Origin: Haliotis rufescens
Lineage: Eukaryota
Length of the DNA: 64,000 nt
Assembly (NCBI RefSeq): GCF_023055435.1
Contig: NW_025964372.1
Location: 21,576,001 to 21,640,000 of the forward strand
Direction: 5' to 3'
The position numbers and the translations under genes were made by a program. Under the pieces are notes generated by a model. That model did no database searches and was not told the origin of the DNA. It worked only from the letters and a program-made list of their open reading frames with translations. Numbering within the stretch: position 1 is the stretch's first letter; the number at the start of each line of letters is the position of its first letter. Shown here in pieces: positions 51,043 to 62,895 of the stretch.

Positions 51043-51538
51043 TAGAAAGTGTTTTGTCGGTTTTAATTGTATGGAATCAGCATGGACGATTTGTCTGCTC
51101 CCCATGTGGTCTTAGATACACATTTCAGTAGATTTATTATTTTGTTACAACTAGTAGCTGTGCAATGTGATTGGGCTTTGTAAGCCGTTGGTGAAAATAG
51201 ACACCCAGAAATTTGAATTCAGATACAAAAATAATTGGATTAGGCCCAAGCTTGAATTAAATATCTTGAGGGATGTCTCTTCTTGTAAAGAACATAGCTA
51301 CTGACTTTGCATGGGAGATTTTGCAACCTCACTTCAGACACCACATATTGGTTACATCCGGGTATTTATGTATGAAATCTACAATGTGTGGAAGATTGCC
51401 GAATCTAATCAAAGGCTCCCCCAGCAACAAGCTGGGATGCATCAGAAGGCCAGATATCCAGTCATATGTCATTGCCACTTTCATGAATCCTCGGATTTGC
51501 AGTGTTCAGAAAAACACATCGTTTTCGTTAGATATCAC

Positions 51539-51830
51539 CATGCCGTGTCTTAGTGAAAATGACATGTTTAGCCAAGGATTGTTTGAATCCTGTATCTCGC
51601 GGCTCTAATCACGTCCATTCATGTCCACAGCAACACCGTTATGACACCTTCGGCGACGTCAACAACATCAGAGATCGTCCCCGTAGTGGCCACTCACCCA
51701 TGATAACCCTCACCAAGAAATATGGATTTGAACCGCGCATCTTCGACACAGGTTCCAGACAGCAACTTGCACAGCCATGGCAACGAGACGCATCTGCAAG
51801 GACAGTCCCATGGCGTCTATGCATCTATGC
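51539..51830 (+). mobile_element. Degraded Tc1-like transposase fragment
   Basis: MPCLSEND start and RYDTFGDVNNIRDRPRSG remnants. Confidence 0.45.
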
Positions 51831-53377
51831 ATCACCAAGGAGTAGCCAATCCCGGAACATTCGGAGAAAGGAGCAGGGTGACACGAACGGTAGAGTGGCC
51901 TAAGGCTCCCGCTATAATTTCTATACAGGTTCTACTACACCAAACCAGCCTTCAGTGCAGATCGAGAGATATCTGCAGGCTGTGATTGGAGGATATTCTG
52001 TAAGATTTTTATCTTTTTCAAATGTACATCCATCCAGTTATTAAAACTGACCATGTTTTTCTATATTTAGTACTGTCTTTTTCAACATGATGACTTATGC
52101 TGAATGTGACCACAGCTATTTTCAAGTAGGTGACATTTGGTGCGAAACTGGGGGTGGTACTTAGCTTCCGGTACTCGGAAAAGGAGCTGGCTAAGCTAGT
52201 CATTTTTATTTTTTTTATTCCTGCTCTAAAGCCAAACTGTGCACACACGTACAGGTAATAGCTGTTGAATGCTTAGTTATTTTTTTTTAAAAATATAACG
52301 TTACTATAGAAGTCTATGGGAAAACACTTGGTTGTGTGTAACCTATAGTAAATGCAACCCGACGCGTTGAAAATAGTTGCTGCTGAATTCCTTTCACGGC
52401 GTCATATTTTGCACGCAGGGTAATCCTCCCCCACCCACCCCATGCTTCCTGTATGTAGGTTTGTGTGTTTCTGTGTCTATTCATATATGTATGTACCTGG
52501 GGTTCTACATGATGTCTCTAGCTATCAACTATCATTTTTCTATGTTTTATGTATTTTGTTCATGCATTCAGTCTTATTGTTTATGTAACTGTTTATATAT
52601 CATATATCAAATTATATTTCATTTAATTAAAATATGAATCTGGATTTGAAAGAAAGAATCAATTGTAAATATATATTTCTACTATTACTATATGTATTGC
52701 AAACAAATTTTATATTTGGGATTCTTTGTACAGATTCTAGTTTTTCTTGGGTTCAGTCCCATCCGGGATACATGTATTTCCTTTTTTAACATTTATAAAT
52801 TGCATTTGTTTTTTTCTGTTAATTTAAAATTTACATCCACATTAATGTTTCATAATGCAACTTCGCATACAGTTTTAGAAATCGAAGTTCACTACGCATC
52901 GCACTAAATGAACGGTCATCGTGTGAATCAAGCCTAATTCGTCACGAACCTCAAAGGTCTTTCTGGTTGTGATTTTGGATCCGAAATACGACCCAGTTAA
53001 GGAACTATAAGTGTCAGAGTTGGACACCATCGATCGATACGCATAGGCTGGGAGACTTAACATTACACGTGACGTAAATATGTTCCAGTGGAATTAACTT
53101 TCTGCAAAGGACACAAACAAACCCCATTGAAGTAGAGCAAGGTGATATAAGCCATAAAGCAGCGCTTGGAATGAACGCTCGATATCTACCTCTAAGCTGA
53201 CACGTCGTGATTGTATCGCGAGGACTCAAAAATGAAACCAAAGACAATGTTTTCAGCGGATGTATTTATTAAACAGCAAACAAATTTTCATACACAGGTG
53301 AACACAGGTGAGGCATGAAATTCACCTTTGCGCACGATATATGTTAAGTCCGCGACAGTGTACACATTTTCCACAAA

Positions 53378-56300
53378 TCACTGTTGACAGATAAAGAAGT
53401 TAGGCTCGCTGCAAGGCATTGCTTCCCAATTGTATGTGCTGGTGGTGTTGAGATAGCCACACCCAGACTCCTGCGTCTGCCCCGGGAGCAGAGTGGCGCG
53501 GGGGCCGGCTGGGTGCCACGGGGATACAACCAAGCTGCCGTCAACCCAGTGGTACACATCGTCGTCCTCCATGTCGCTGGCGCCAACGTAGTAGTTGTGG
53601 CCTGAAAGTAAGTGGCGTTATAGATGAGGTATTAAATAACAAATATACGTGGAGTTGGGTTTTACGCCGCTTTGAACAGTATTTCATTTATATCACCGTA
53701 AAACCTGAATTAATGAGGGTCATAAACCTTTACTCCTTTGGTGAAAGCTACGAGAAATTTGTTCAAATGCATGTTGATATTTTGATTGTTCAGTTACATA
53801 AATATAATTTGCTTTGACTTTCTTTTAAACTCGACCCGTCCAGTTGTTCACAGAGGTAGTGCATGTCTTTTGGACTTAACGCTGCACTCAGCAATATTCT
53901 AGCTATATGACGGCGGTCTGGAAATATCGAGTCTAGACCACACAATCCAGTGGTTGACATCATCAACAGCGATCCACGCAATTGGGATACGATGACATGC
54001 TTCAACCAAGTCAGCGAACTTGACCACTCGATCCCGTTAGTAGACAAGCATAGTCGCCTTTTACGGCAAGCACGGGTTGCTGAAGACCTATTCTACCCCG
54101 GATCTTCACAGGTCTAGAGGTAGTGTACACATATAGTCTTAATAAAGTGAGACAGCTTGAGAGTATTTAACTGGATTACCTCCCTTTTCTAACTATAGCT
54201 TGTTTGTTTTTTGTTTTTGTTTGTTCTTTGGTTAACGCCGCACTCAGCACTATTCCAGCTAGACGGCGGTCTATAAATATTCGAGTCTAGACCAGACATT
54301 CCTGTGATTGACATCAGGAACATCGATCTACGCAATTGGGATATTTTGACATGCAGCAACCAATTGCCAGTCACTGAGACTCACCACCACTCGATCCCGT
54401 TAGTCGCCTCTTACGACAAGCAAGGGTTGCTGACTTCCAAATCTAACCCGGATCTTCACGGGTACGAACCATAACTAACAACAATTGTGCCTCTGCACCG
54501 GGTTCCATAAATTTGAAGTCTGTTTATGCCATATTTGAACTTTTTTGCACGAATTATTTCATGTGTTTACCGCCCAGTTCGTTGCCGGCGATGTAGGCTG
54601 CGATGGCGTTGTCGAAGTCCTCAGTCTTGATCATAAGGAGGTTGGAGTCCAGCATCTCGCAGTAGGTCTAAAACAGTGAGTGAGTGACTGAGTGAAGGTG
54701 GTATTTATGTTGAGTGGTATTTATGATGAGTCAGCCACAATCATTGGACCATGGTATGTTTTGTTAATACCTCACGTGTTTGTTTACACTACGTTCCTCA
54801 ATCATCCGTGATTGCTTACGGCCTTGTCGGGCCTCGTCGGGCCTTGTACTTCTCGGTCTCCAATTCCGTGTCTAACCCTACGTTTTGTTTATTTTTGCGT
54901 TTTTTTCTTAAATAATACCCAACATCAATATAATAATTGTTTATCCAGTGGATCTTAGTCTGTCCCACAGTTCCCCAACTATATTGTTTCCCCTTCCGCC
55001 CAGCCCTAACAGCAATGCAATAACCCTAAACGAAGCAAGTCTAGATTTCATCAGGTCTCTGTATCCCGTCTCGCTGGGGCTCCTTTCAATTTAAAAGTAG
55101 TTACCTGGTTCAAATTATATATTTTCACAGATTCAACGTTAGCCTACCCGGACCTATTCGCTTCCATAGCCTCGTTTTAGAAGCGAGTGACGCCACCCGT
55201 TTCATGCCTCCTTATCCTATCAGTAACTCCATCCTATTGATTGGACGGCTCTGTTGCGGTAGCGAAATGCTCATAAAATAATGGCGATATTATGCACTGG
55301 AAAATTGAGGATGCAACAACCTTCATTATTAATTGTACTTTTATGATCCGTGTAATTGTAACCACGTCATTTATTTCCAGCCCTGGTCGTGGATAACTTA
55401 CGATAGCCTCCGCGAAAGTTGCGTAGGTGGTGGAGAAGGCCAGGCACCGATCTTCAACATTGTTGAACCCCCTTGGACACACTGCAACATGAAGTGAGGG
55501 TTGTTTGTTTGTTTGTTGTAATGCCACAATCAGCAATATTCCAGCAGTATCGAGTCTGGACCAGACATCATAAACATCGACCTACGAAACTGGAATACGA
55601 TGGTATCATCTACCTTCAAGTCATCGAGCCTGACCACCCGGACCCGTTAGTCGTCTTTTATTTCAACACTAAAAACAAATATTCCGAAATTGTCTATCGC
55701 GGCTGAACGTACAATCGAGGAATGATTACAAACTATCAGCCATTACGAGCACCTGATCAGTCGGCTATTTCAACATGGAGTGAGTGAGTATTGTTGTACG
55801 CCGCTTTTAGCAATATCGAGGCCGGGGACACCGGAAATGGGCTTCACACATTGTACCCATGTGGGGAATCTAACCCGGGTCTTCGGCGTGACGAGCGAAC
55901 ACTTTAACCACTCGGCTACTTCGCCGCCCCTTCAACATGGAGGGGTGGAGATCTATTCATAATGTCTATACTTATATTGCACTGTACTCAATACACAAGG
56001 TGCAAGCCCTAGCATTGTTATCCCGGTCAGTAGATCAGTGTGAATTCGTTTCTCGTTCTCAGCTCCCTGGGAAGTATACAAGCTATCGAAATTAACCTGC
56101 CACATTACCATCTTATCCTACCCATTCACTGCTGGGTGAACAGAGGTACATTTCGAGCAAAGTCACTTGCCTAAGGAGACACCACATGTGCTTCTGTTTG
56201 TTTGTTATTTAACGCCGCACTCCGCAATATGACGGCGGTCTGTAAATAATCGAGTCTGGACCAGACAATCCAGTGATTGACATGAGCATCGATCCACGCA

Positions 56301-59300
56301 ATTGGGAAACGATGGCATGCATCAACCAAGTCAGCGAACCTGATCACAAGATCGCGTTAGGCGTCTCTTACGACAATCATGGGTTGCTAAAGACCAATTC
56401 AAACCTGGATCTTCACGGGTATCGATGGAATGCAGGTCCCGGTAGTCGCCTCTTACGACAAACATAGTCGCCTTTTAGGGCAAGCATGGCTTGCTGAAGA
56501 CCTATTCTACCCCGGAATCTTCACGGGTCACATGTGCCTCTGTGGGGCAGGATCGAAGCTCAACACACTCAGGAGACAAGCTGCCGTACGCGGTCACCAA
56601 TCCAACTATTCTCCGCGACCGACGTTGCTTAAGTTCACCTCATTTGTGACCTGTGCGCTGTGCACAGGACCACGTGGCGCCTACCCATTCTGTCCCGGAT
56701 ACCCCAGGTTTCACTCTACACATAATAGATCACCCTATTGCATGCTGTTGTCATGCGCCGGATATTGTCATCACTACTGTAGATTTAGCACGGCGACCTG
56801 TAAATAATCACGTCTGGAACAGGGAAACCAGTGACTGAAATGATGAGCAACTATCCACGCCACGTTGAAATGCAACGAGCCACAGGGCCTGACCACCAGG
56901 CTATATCCTTCTTCGACCAGTAGGTGATAATGGGCGTGCTCAGCTCGGCATCTCCTTGATCAATAGATCTGCAACTTCTATCCCTTACCATCAACATATC
57001 CAACGTTTCTGCCTTACCTCTGGGCTCCTTGGCTTCAATTGTGACCTCACAGAAGCTCATAAGTTCACCGTCCTTGACAATGCGGACGAACTGGCCTTTA
57101 ACCCCCGCTGGGCAGTTGATGACCTTCACAGCGCCATTTGGTTGAGGTTCAGTGACCTCGCCGCACAGCTGACCTTCTGTGGAGGTGTCATTTCCGGGAT
57201 TCTCAGAGTATACTCGGATCTCCAGATTATTTAACCTTGACCCTTAACAGAATGAACAGATATTATGATGACGTTGAATTGATCTTGTAAAACAGTATCA
57301 TCACTTGCAAACCTTTGCTTTTCTTTTGCTGTATAATTAACGCTAAAAACATCCAAATTGAGTATAGACTTCGAGGTGTTTTGGCACAAAACATATCTTT
57401 ATAAATTATGCTAAGATTTGAAAAAAATATAAGGGATATGTAAATGCAATAATTCTTTCGCTGGGGATTAAGGATAAAGAAATCAATTCTGAGTAGCTTT
57501 ACCTCCTATCAATGCAGACATCATATATGTACTGGACATAAAGTGTCAAGCCTAACCGGAGAGTGAGTGTGATTTTATGAAGCTTTTAACACTATTCCAC
57601 CAATGTCACTGTGAGGAACACACGAAATGGGCTCCAAAGAATTCACGCATGTTGGGAGTTGAACCAAGGCCTCCTACGGTGGCCCATAAGGGACATGGAG
57701 TCAATATTTTGATATTTCACTTACTTTCATCGTAACTTTTTGCAAATTAACACAATTTGTCATACAAATATGTGATAAGTCATGTATAAGTACAACCGAG
57801 AACATGGAAAATGTACTCTCAAGTAGCTATTGAATCGCTGAAATGTGAAGCGAAAATGTCAAAAACTAAAACGAAAATGTCAGAAACAAAAACGAAAAGG
57901 TCAAAAACAAAAGCGAAAATGTCAAAAACAACACCGGGGTAGAAATATTATCACCGCGGTGGAAATAGTTTTCTGCATTTTCATTTTAGTTTTTGACATT
58001 TTCGCTTTTGTTTTTTACCTTTTCGTTTTTGTTTTGGACATTTTCATTTTAGTTTTTGACATTTTCGCTACACTTTTCAGCGATTCAATATCTTCTTTAT
58101 ACATGATTTATCACATATTTGTATGACAAATCGTGTTAATTTGCAAAAGGTTACGATAACGGTAAGTGAAATATCAAAATATTGAATAATAACAGACTCC
58201 ATGTCCCTTATGGGCCACCGTACCTTCCGCGTGACGAGCTAACGCTTTAACAACCAGCCTATAACATCGCCACTTTGGGGAGTGGAGGGTTGTCTTAGTA
58301 TAGTCTGGTATAGAATTGGTTCAGACCATAGGCGAATGGTGAAATACGACTAAAATATGTTGGCGTTTTGTGAAATGCCTAAGTTAACATTTCAGTAATT
58401 TTACACATTGGCTGATTTTACACATTGGCTGTCATATATAAGATCATAGGTGCAATACTCGCTATGCTCGACTGTCCCAGACATCGCCACTAACGCTTAC
58501 CACAGCAGTCGGCTCTGTTGTAGATGGTCACTGATGCGACAGGGAACGCTTGACCAAGGTCCACCATCCACCAGGGTTCATCGTCGTCGTCGGCGGAGAG
58601 GAAACAAGATTTCCCCTCATCAAAGTTGCCGTTTGTGTCTCCGTCAACAGCCCGACCTCCATTGAAGACTGACCAATAGCTGCTCTGGGTCACTGACCTG
58701 TTCAGGGCAAGGTTTGTAGCGGAGCTTCCTGGAAATCATGGCAAATATTTCTTAATGGGTAAGATAGGTTGTACGCCACATACAGCACTATTCTTGCATT
58801 ATCAGGGCGGAGTGAGTGTGTTGAATTTAACGCCGCCCTGAACAGTATTTCTGTTATATCACAGCGTGTCAGCTTGATGTGGGAGGAAAGCCCGGAGTGA
58901 TGCTGGTCTCAAACGTTTACCACTCTGGTGAAAGCCACGAGCATGGATATGGTGCTGACAAACCTAGAAATATAACCGGAACCACGATTCGAACCCACGA
59001 TCTTACGATGCTTGCGTGCCCAAGGGACACAACTCTGCACAGCCAATTGCGGTGCCTTAACCTTAACCAATGATCATAGGAGTCGGGCTTGTCTGATGAA
59101 AGCGACTCTGCCAATTAAGGCTCACCGGATTCTAACTTGCTTTGTTGCAAGAAGGTTGTGAGAGGTTGAACAGTTTCAGGTGCCCGTTTCACGAAGCGAT
59201 CTTAGGGGATCCTAACATTGAAAAAACAAGTGAAAACTGTTCTTTTGTGTCTTTTAGGCACAAGTGACCAGTGTTAATGAATAAAACACGGTAGAGAAAT

Positions 59301-60235
59301 ATACTCTTGTTAAACAGATAGCAACATTGACCTGCGGCTGTCGTAATGCTTTTAGAATTCGTCCATGGTGTAGTGGATAGAGCGTCTGCCTGGAGAGCGG
59401 AAGGTTGGTGGTTCGATCCCCGGACGCGTCATACAAAAAGACGTCGAAGCTAGTGAGGTGAGGTGAAATGGGGTTTAACGTCGCGTCCAAGATTATTGCA
59501 CTTATATAGCGACGTGCATGCACGTGTATGTGTGTGTGTGGCTGCTTGTACTAGTCCGGACTGATGCCGATTTATAGTGCTAGCTCACTGAGATACCATG
59601 CCGCAGTTTAACATGAATACCCCACTCAGACACAGTATACTGACTCCGAGCCGACCAGTCCTTGTTTTAGCCCCTTAATGCCGAGCGCCAGACAGGGTAA
59701 AAACAAGTACAATCTTTTAACGTCTTTTTGTATGACGCGGCCCGGGATCGAACCCTGGACCTTCCGCTCTAGGGCGGACGCTCTACCACAAGACCACGGA
59801 GGCGGTCCTCGAAGCTAGTACTTGCTGTTACCCACATGGGTGCCGTTGTACAATACAATCTTAGCGCTACGACTGTCGTAAGTCTGTGTTATGGTACGCG
59901 ATTTACGATCACCTCAGCGCTAAGATCGCTTTGTACAACCTCACCCTGGCCCTCGGCATTAAAGGGTTAAAACAAGAAGGACTGGTCGGCTCGGAGGCAG
60001 TATATTGTGTTTGAGTGGGGTATCCTTGTCAAACATGGTATCTCAGTTTTCTAGTCTGGATTAGTGCACACAGCCACGCACGGGCGCCATATATTCGTGC
60101 AATAACCACCTCACCTCACGTAACGCTTAAACCTCTTTGTGAAACGGGACCCTGCTTGGCCTCAAATTGTGGCCATGGTTAGAAATACATACCTCCAGCT
60201 ATACAAAAAGCTGCTACTGCGATGAAGAATATCAT
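53378..60235 (-). CDS. Secreted F-type lectin + C-type lectin chimera B, 6 exons, 298 aa
   Basis: Exons (-): 60235-60193 (signal MIFFIAVAAFCIAGG), 58728-58501, 57242-57018, 55481-55402, 54667-54571, 53601-53378; 897 nt in frame. Motifs NLALNRSV, AVDGD, PWWMVDL, YNRADCCGSRL, SFCEV; CPRGF...TFAEAITYC, YHWVDGS, CSEPNFFICQQ*. TATAAG at about 60286 and AATAAA at 53270-53265. Confidence 0.92.
53870..54465 (-). mobile_element. Two family B SINE copies
   Basis: Reverse copies at about 53870-54115 and 54200-54465, each ending GGATCTTCAC. Confidence 0.8.
55780..55930 (-). mobile_element. SINE family A
   Basis: TSD TTCAACATGGAG. Confidence 0.85.
57677..58220. mobile_element. Foldback MITE (Tc1/mariner-pogo type, TA TSD), inserted in a family A SINE
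   Basis: TA|CGGTGGCCCATAAGGGACATGGAGTC...GACTCCATGTCCCTTATGGGCCACCG|TA. The element is nearly wholly palindromic with inner AAAATGTCAAAAAC arrays. Confidence 0.88.
58810..59060 (-). mobile_element. SINE family D
   Basis: Reverse consensus match. Confidence 0.8.
59360..60120 (+). mobile_element. Nested family C SINEs plus a small MITE
   Basis: The outer (+) copy is split by an inner (-) copy at about 59455-59808 with TSD TCGAAGCTAGT, and by a MITE at 59838-59946. Confidence 0.85.
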
Positions 60236-60945
60236 GGTCCAGGCAGTGATGCTTGTGACATCGTTAATATTCTACCCTGTCTTATACCCTGCAGGCGACG
60301 ACATACGCCGAGGGCTGTCACACTTCCGCAACGTTCATTTGGCACTATCGCGGACATCTTGATGCTGTGTGTTTATCTGCCTGTAAAGGTGCGAATCTCC
60401 GCTCGTTTTAGCGCGCTAATTGGTGATTGTATTGTTAGATACCTATTGCAATATGTCGCTGATGAATTGAGTGCGCACCTGTTGATAAATTATCACAGAC
60501 GAGGCATTACAGTCAAATATTAATCTCCGATTGTATATGCTACATGAATAACATGTACAGTGAAACCTCGTTCTTCCGGACCCCGAATATCCGGACTCTC
60601 CATTTCACTGCTTGGACGGGTTACGTGTACACGAAGGGACAAAGAGACAATACTCCAGCCCCGTGAAGATGTGGGTTAGAATTGGTCTTCAGCAACCAAT
60701 GTTGTCCTCAGAGACAACCAACGGGAACGGGTGGTCAGGCTCGTGTGACTTGCATGTCATCGTATCCAAATTGCGTCGATCGATGCTCATGATGTCAATC
60801 ACTGGCTTGTCCGGTTACAGACTCGATGCTTTACAGACCGCCGTCATATTGCGGGAATATTGCTGAGTGTGGTGTTAAACAACAAACAAACAAATTGAAA
60901 ACAACACTCCATAACCATGATTCTATTGACATTTTTTAATCCGTA

Positions 60946-61050
60946 CGTGAGTGAGTGAGTGAGTGACAGGGTGAGTGAGTGGGTGAGTGACAGTGTGAGT
61001 GAGTGAGTGAGTGAGTGAGTGAGCGAGTGATAGGATGAGTGAGTGAGTGG
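60946..61050. repeat. (GTGA)n microsatellite (SINE-tail derived)
   Basis: Directly visible. Confidence 0.9.
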
Positions 61051-61249
61051 ATGTTGTTTTGTGCTGCAGTTTTATCACGGCGGTCTGTCCTGTGAATAGT
61101 TGAGTCTGCACCAGGCAAACCAGATGTTGTAGCATGAACACTGACTCAGGCCGTCGATGAAACAAACTGAATATTCTCAGTACAAGCAGTTATAAAGTTA
61201 TTGCCTGAATATTCTCAATACTAATACATCTTCAATGTCTGCTTTACAC

Positions 61250-62510
61250 TTACTGCCTTGATATTTTCAATACAAATATTTACAGCTACTGCCTTGATAT
61301 TTTCAATACAAATATTTACAGCTACTGCCTTGATATTTTCAATACAAATATTTACAGCTACTGCCTTGATATTTTCAATACAAATATTTACAGCTACTGC
61401 CTTGATATTTTCAATGCCAATATTGCAGCAACTGCCTTGATATTTTCAATACCAATATTACAACTACTACCTTGATATTTTAAGTACCAATATTGCAGGT
61501 ACTTCCTTGGTATTTTCAATACCAATATTACAGCCTTGATATTTTCAGTACCAATATTGCAGGTACTTCCTTGGTATTTTCAATAGCAATATTACAGCTC
61601 CTGCCTTGATATTTTCAGTACCAATATTGCAGCTACTGCCTTGATATTTTCAGTACCACTATTGCAGCTACTGCCTCGATATTTTCAATACCAATATTAC
61701 AGCTACTGCCTTGATATTTTCAATACCAATATTGCAGCTACTGCCTTGATATTTTCAATACCAATATTGCAGCTACTGCCTTGATATTTTCAATACCAAT
61801 ATTACAGCTGCTGCCTTGATATCTCAACTCCTATATTACAAAAAATTCCTTGATATCTCAGCCCCTATATTACAGCTGCTGCCTTGATATCTCAGCTCCT
61901 ATATTACAGCTGTTGCCTTGATATCTCAGCTCCTATATTACAGTTGCTGCCTTGATATCTCAACTCCTATATTTCAAATAATTCCTTGATATATCAGCTC
62001 CTATATTACAGCTGCTGCCTTGATATCTCAGCTCCTATATTACAGCTGCTGCCTTGATATCTCAACTCCTATATTACAAATTATTCCTTGATATCTCAGC
62101 TCCTATATTACAGCTGCTGCCTTGATATCTCAGCTCCTATATTACAGCTGCTGCCTTGATATCTCAACTCCTATATTACAAATTATTCCTTGATATCTCA
62201 GCTCCTATATTACAGCTGCTGCCTTGATATCTCAGCTCCTATATTACAGCTGCTGCCTTGATATCTCAGCTCCTATATTACAGTTGCTGCCTTGATATCT
62301 CAGCTCCTTTATTACAGCTGCTGCCTTGATATCTCAGCTCCTATATTACAGCTGCTGCCTTGATATCTCAACTCCTATATTACAAATAATTCCTTGATAT
62401 CTCAGCTCCTATATTACAGCTGCTGCCTTGATATCTCAACTCCAATATTACAAATAATTCATTGATATCTCAGATCCTATATTACAGCTGCTGCCTTGAT
62501 ATCTCAATAC
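61250..62510. repeat. 34-36-bp minisatellite (GCCTTGATAT...TATTACAGCT[A/G]CT)
   Basis: Directly visible, about 36 units. Confidence 0.95.
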
Positions 62511-62895
62511 CAGCAGACGTCAGCGATAACATCAGTTTTGTTAGTGAGCGAATACAGACTTACGTCGTTTTAGAAACATAACGATATATTCTCTAATATT
62601 TGTCTCTAAGATCAAGTAGAAAGTACACAATAGATCACAGGATTGGTCTTAATTTTCTTCCCAGACAACGCCTTTATCTCATCTCATGACCCAATACAAT
62701 CTATTTTCTCACGAGTGGGGCCTTTTTCGAGGTCACTATTGACGCGTCTAAAAATAATTCAGATAACAAATATCTGTTCTCCCTGAGAAAAGAACACATT
62801 TAAAGTTTTTGTCCCCCAAAAAACACGAGAGCCTCTGATTAAAGTCGATGATGGCTGGGTGTTTTTTCTATATGCCAATACTTGGGGCTACGGAC

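Noticed and set aside
57845-58126. Basic/hydrophobic 93-aa ORF
   Set aside because: It is the translation of the palindromic sub-repeats of the foldback MITE.
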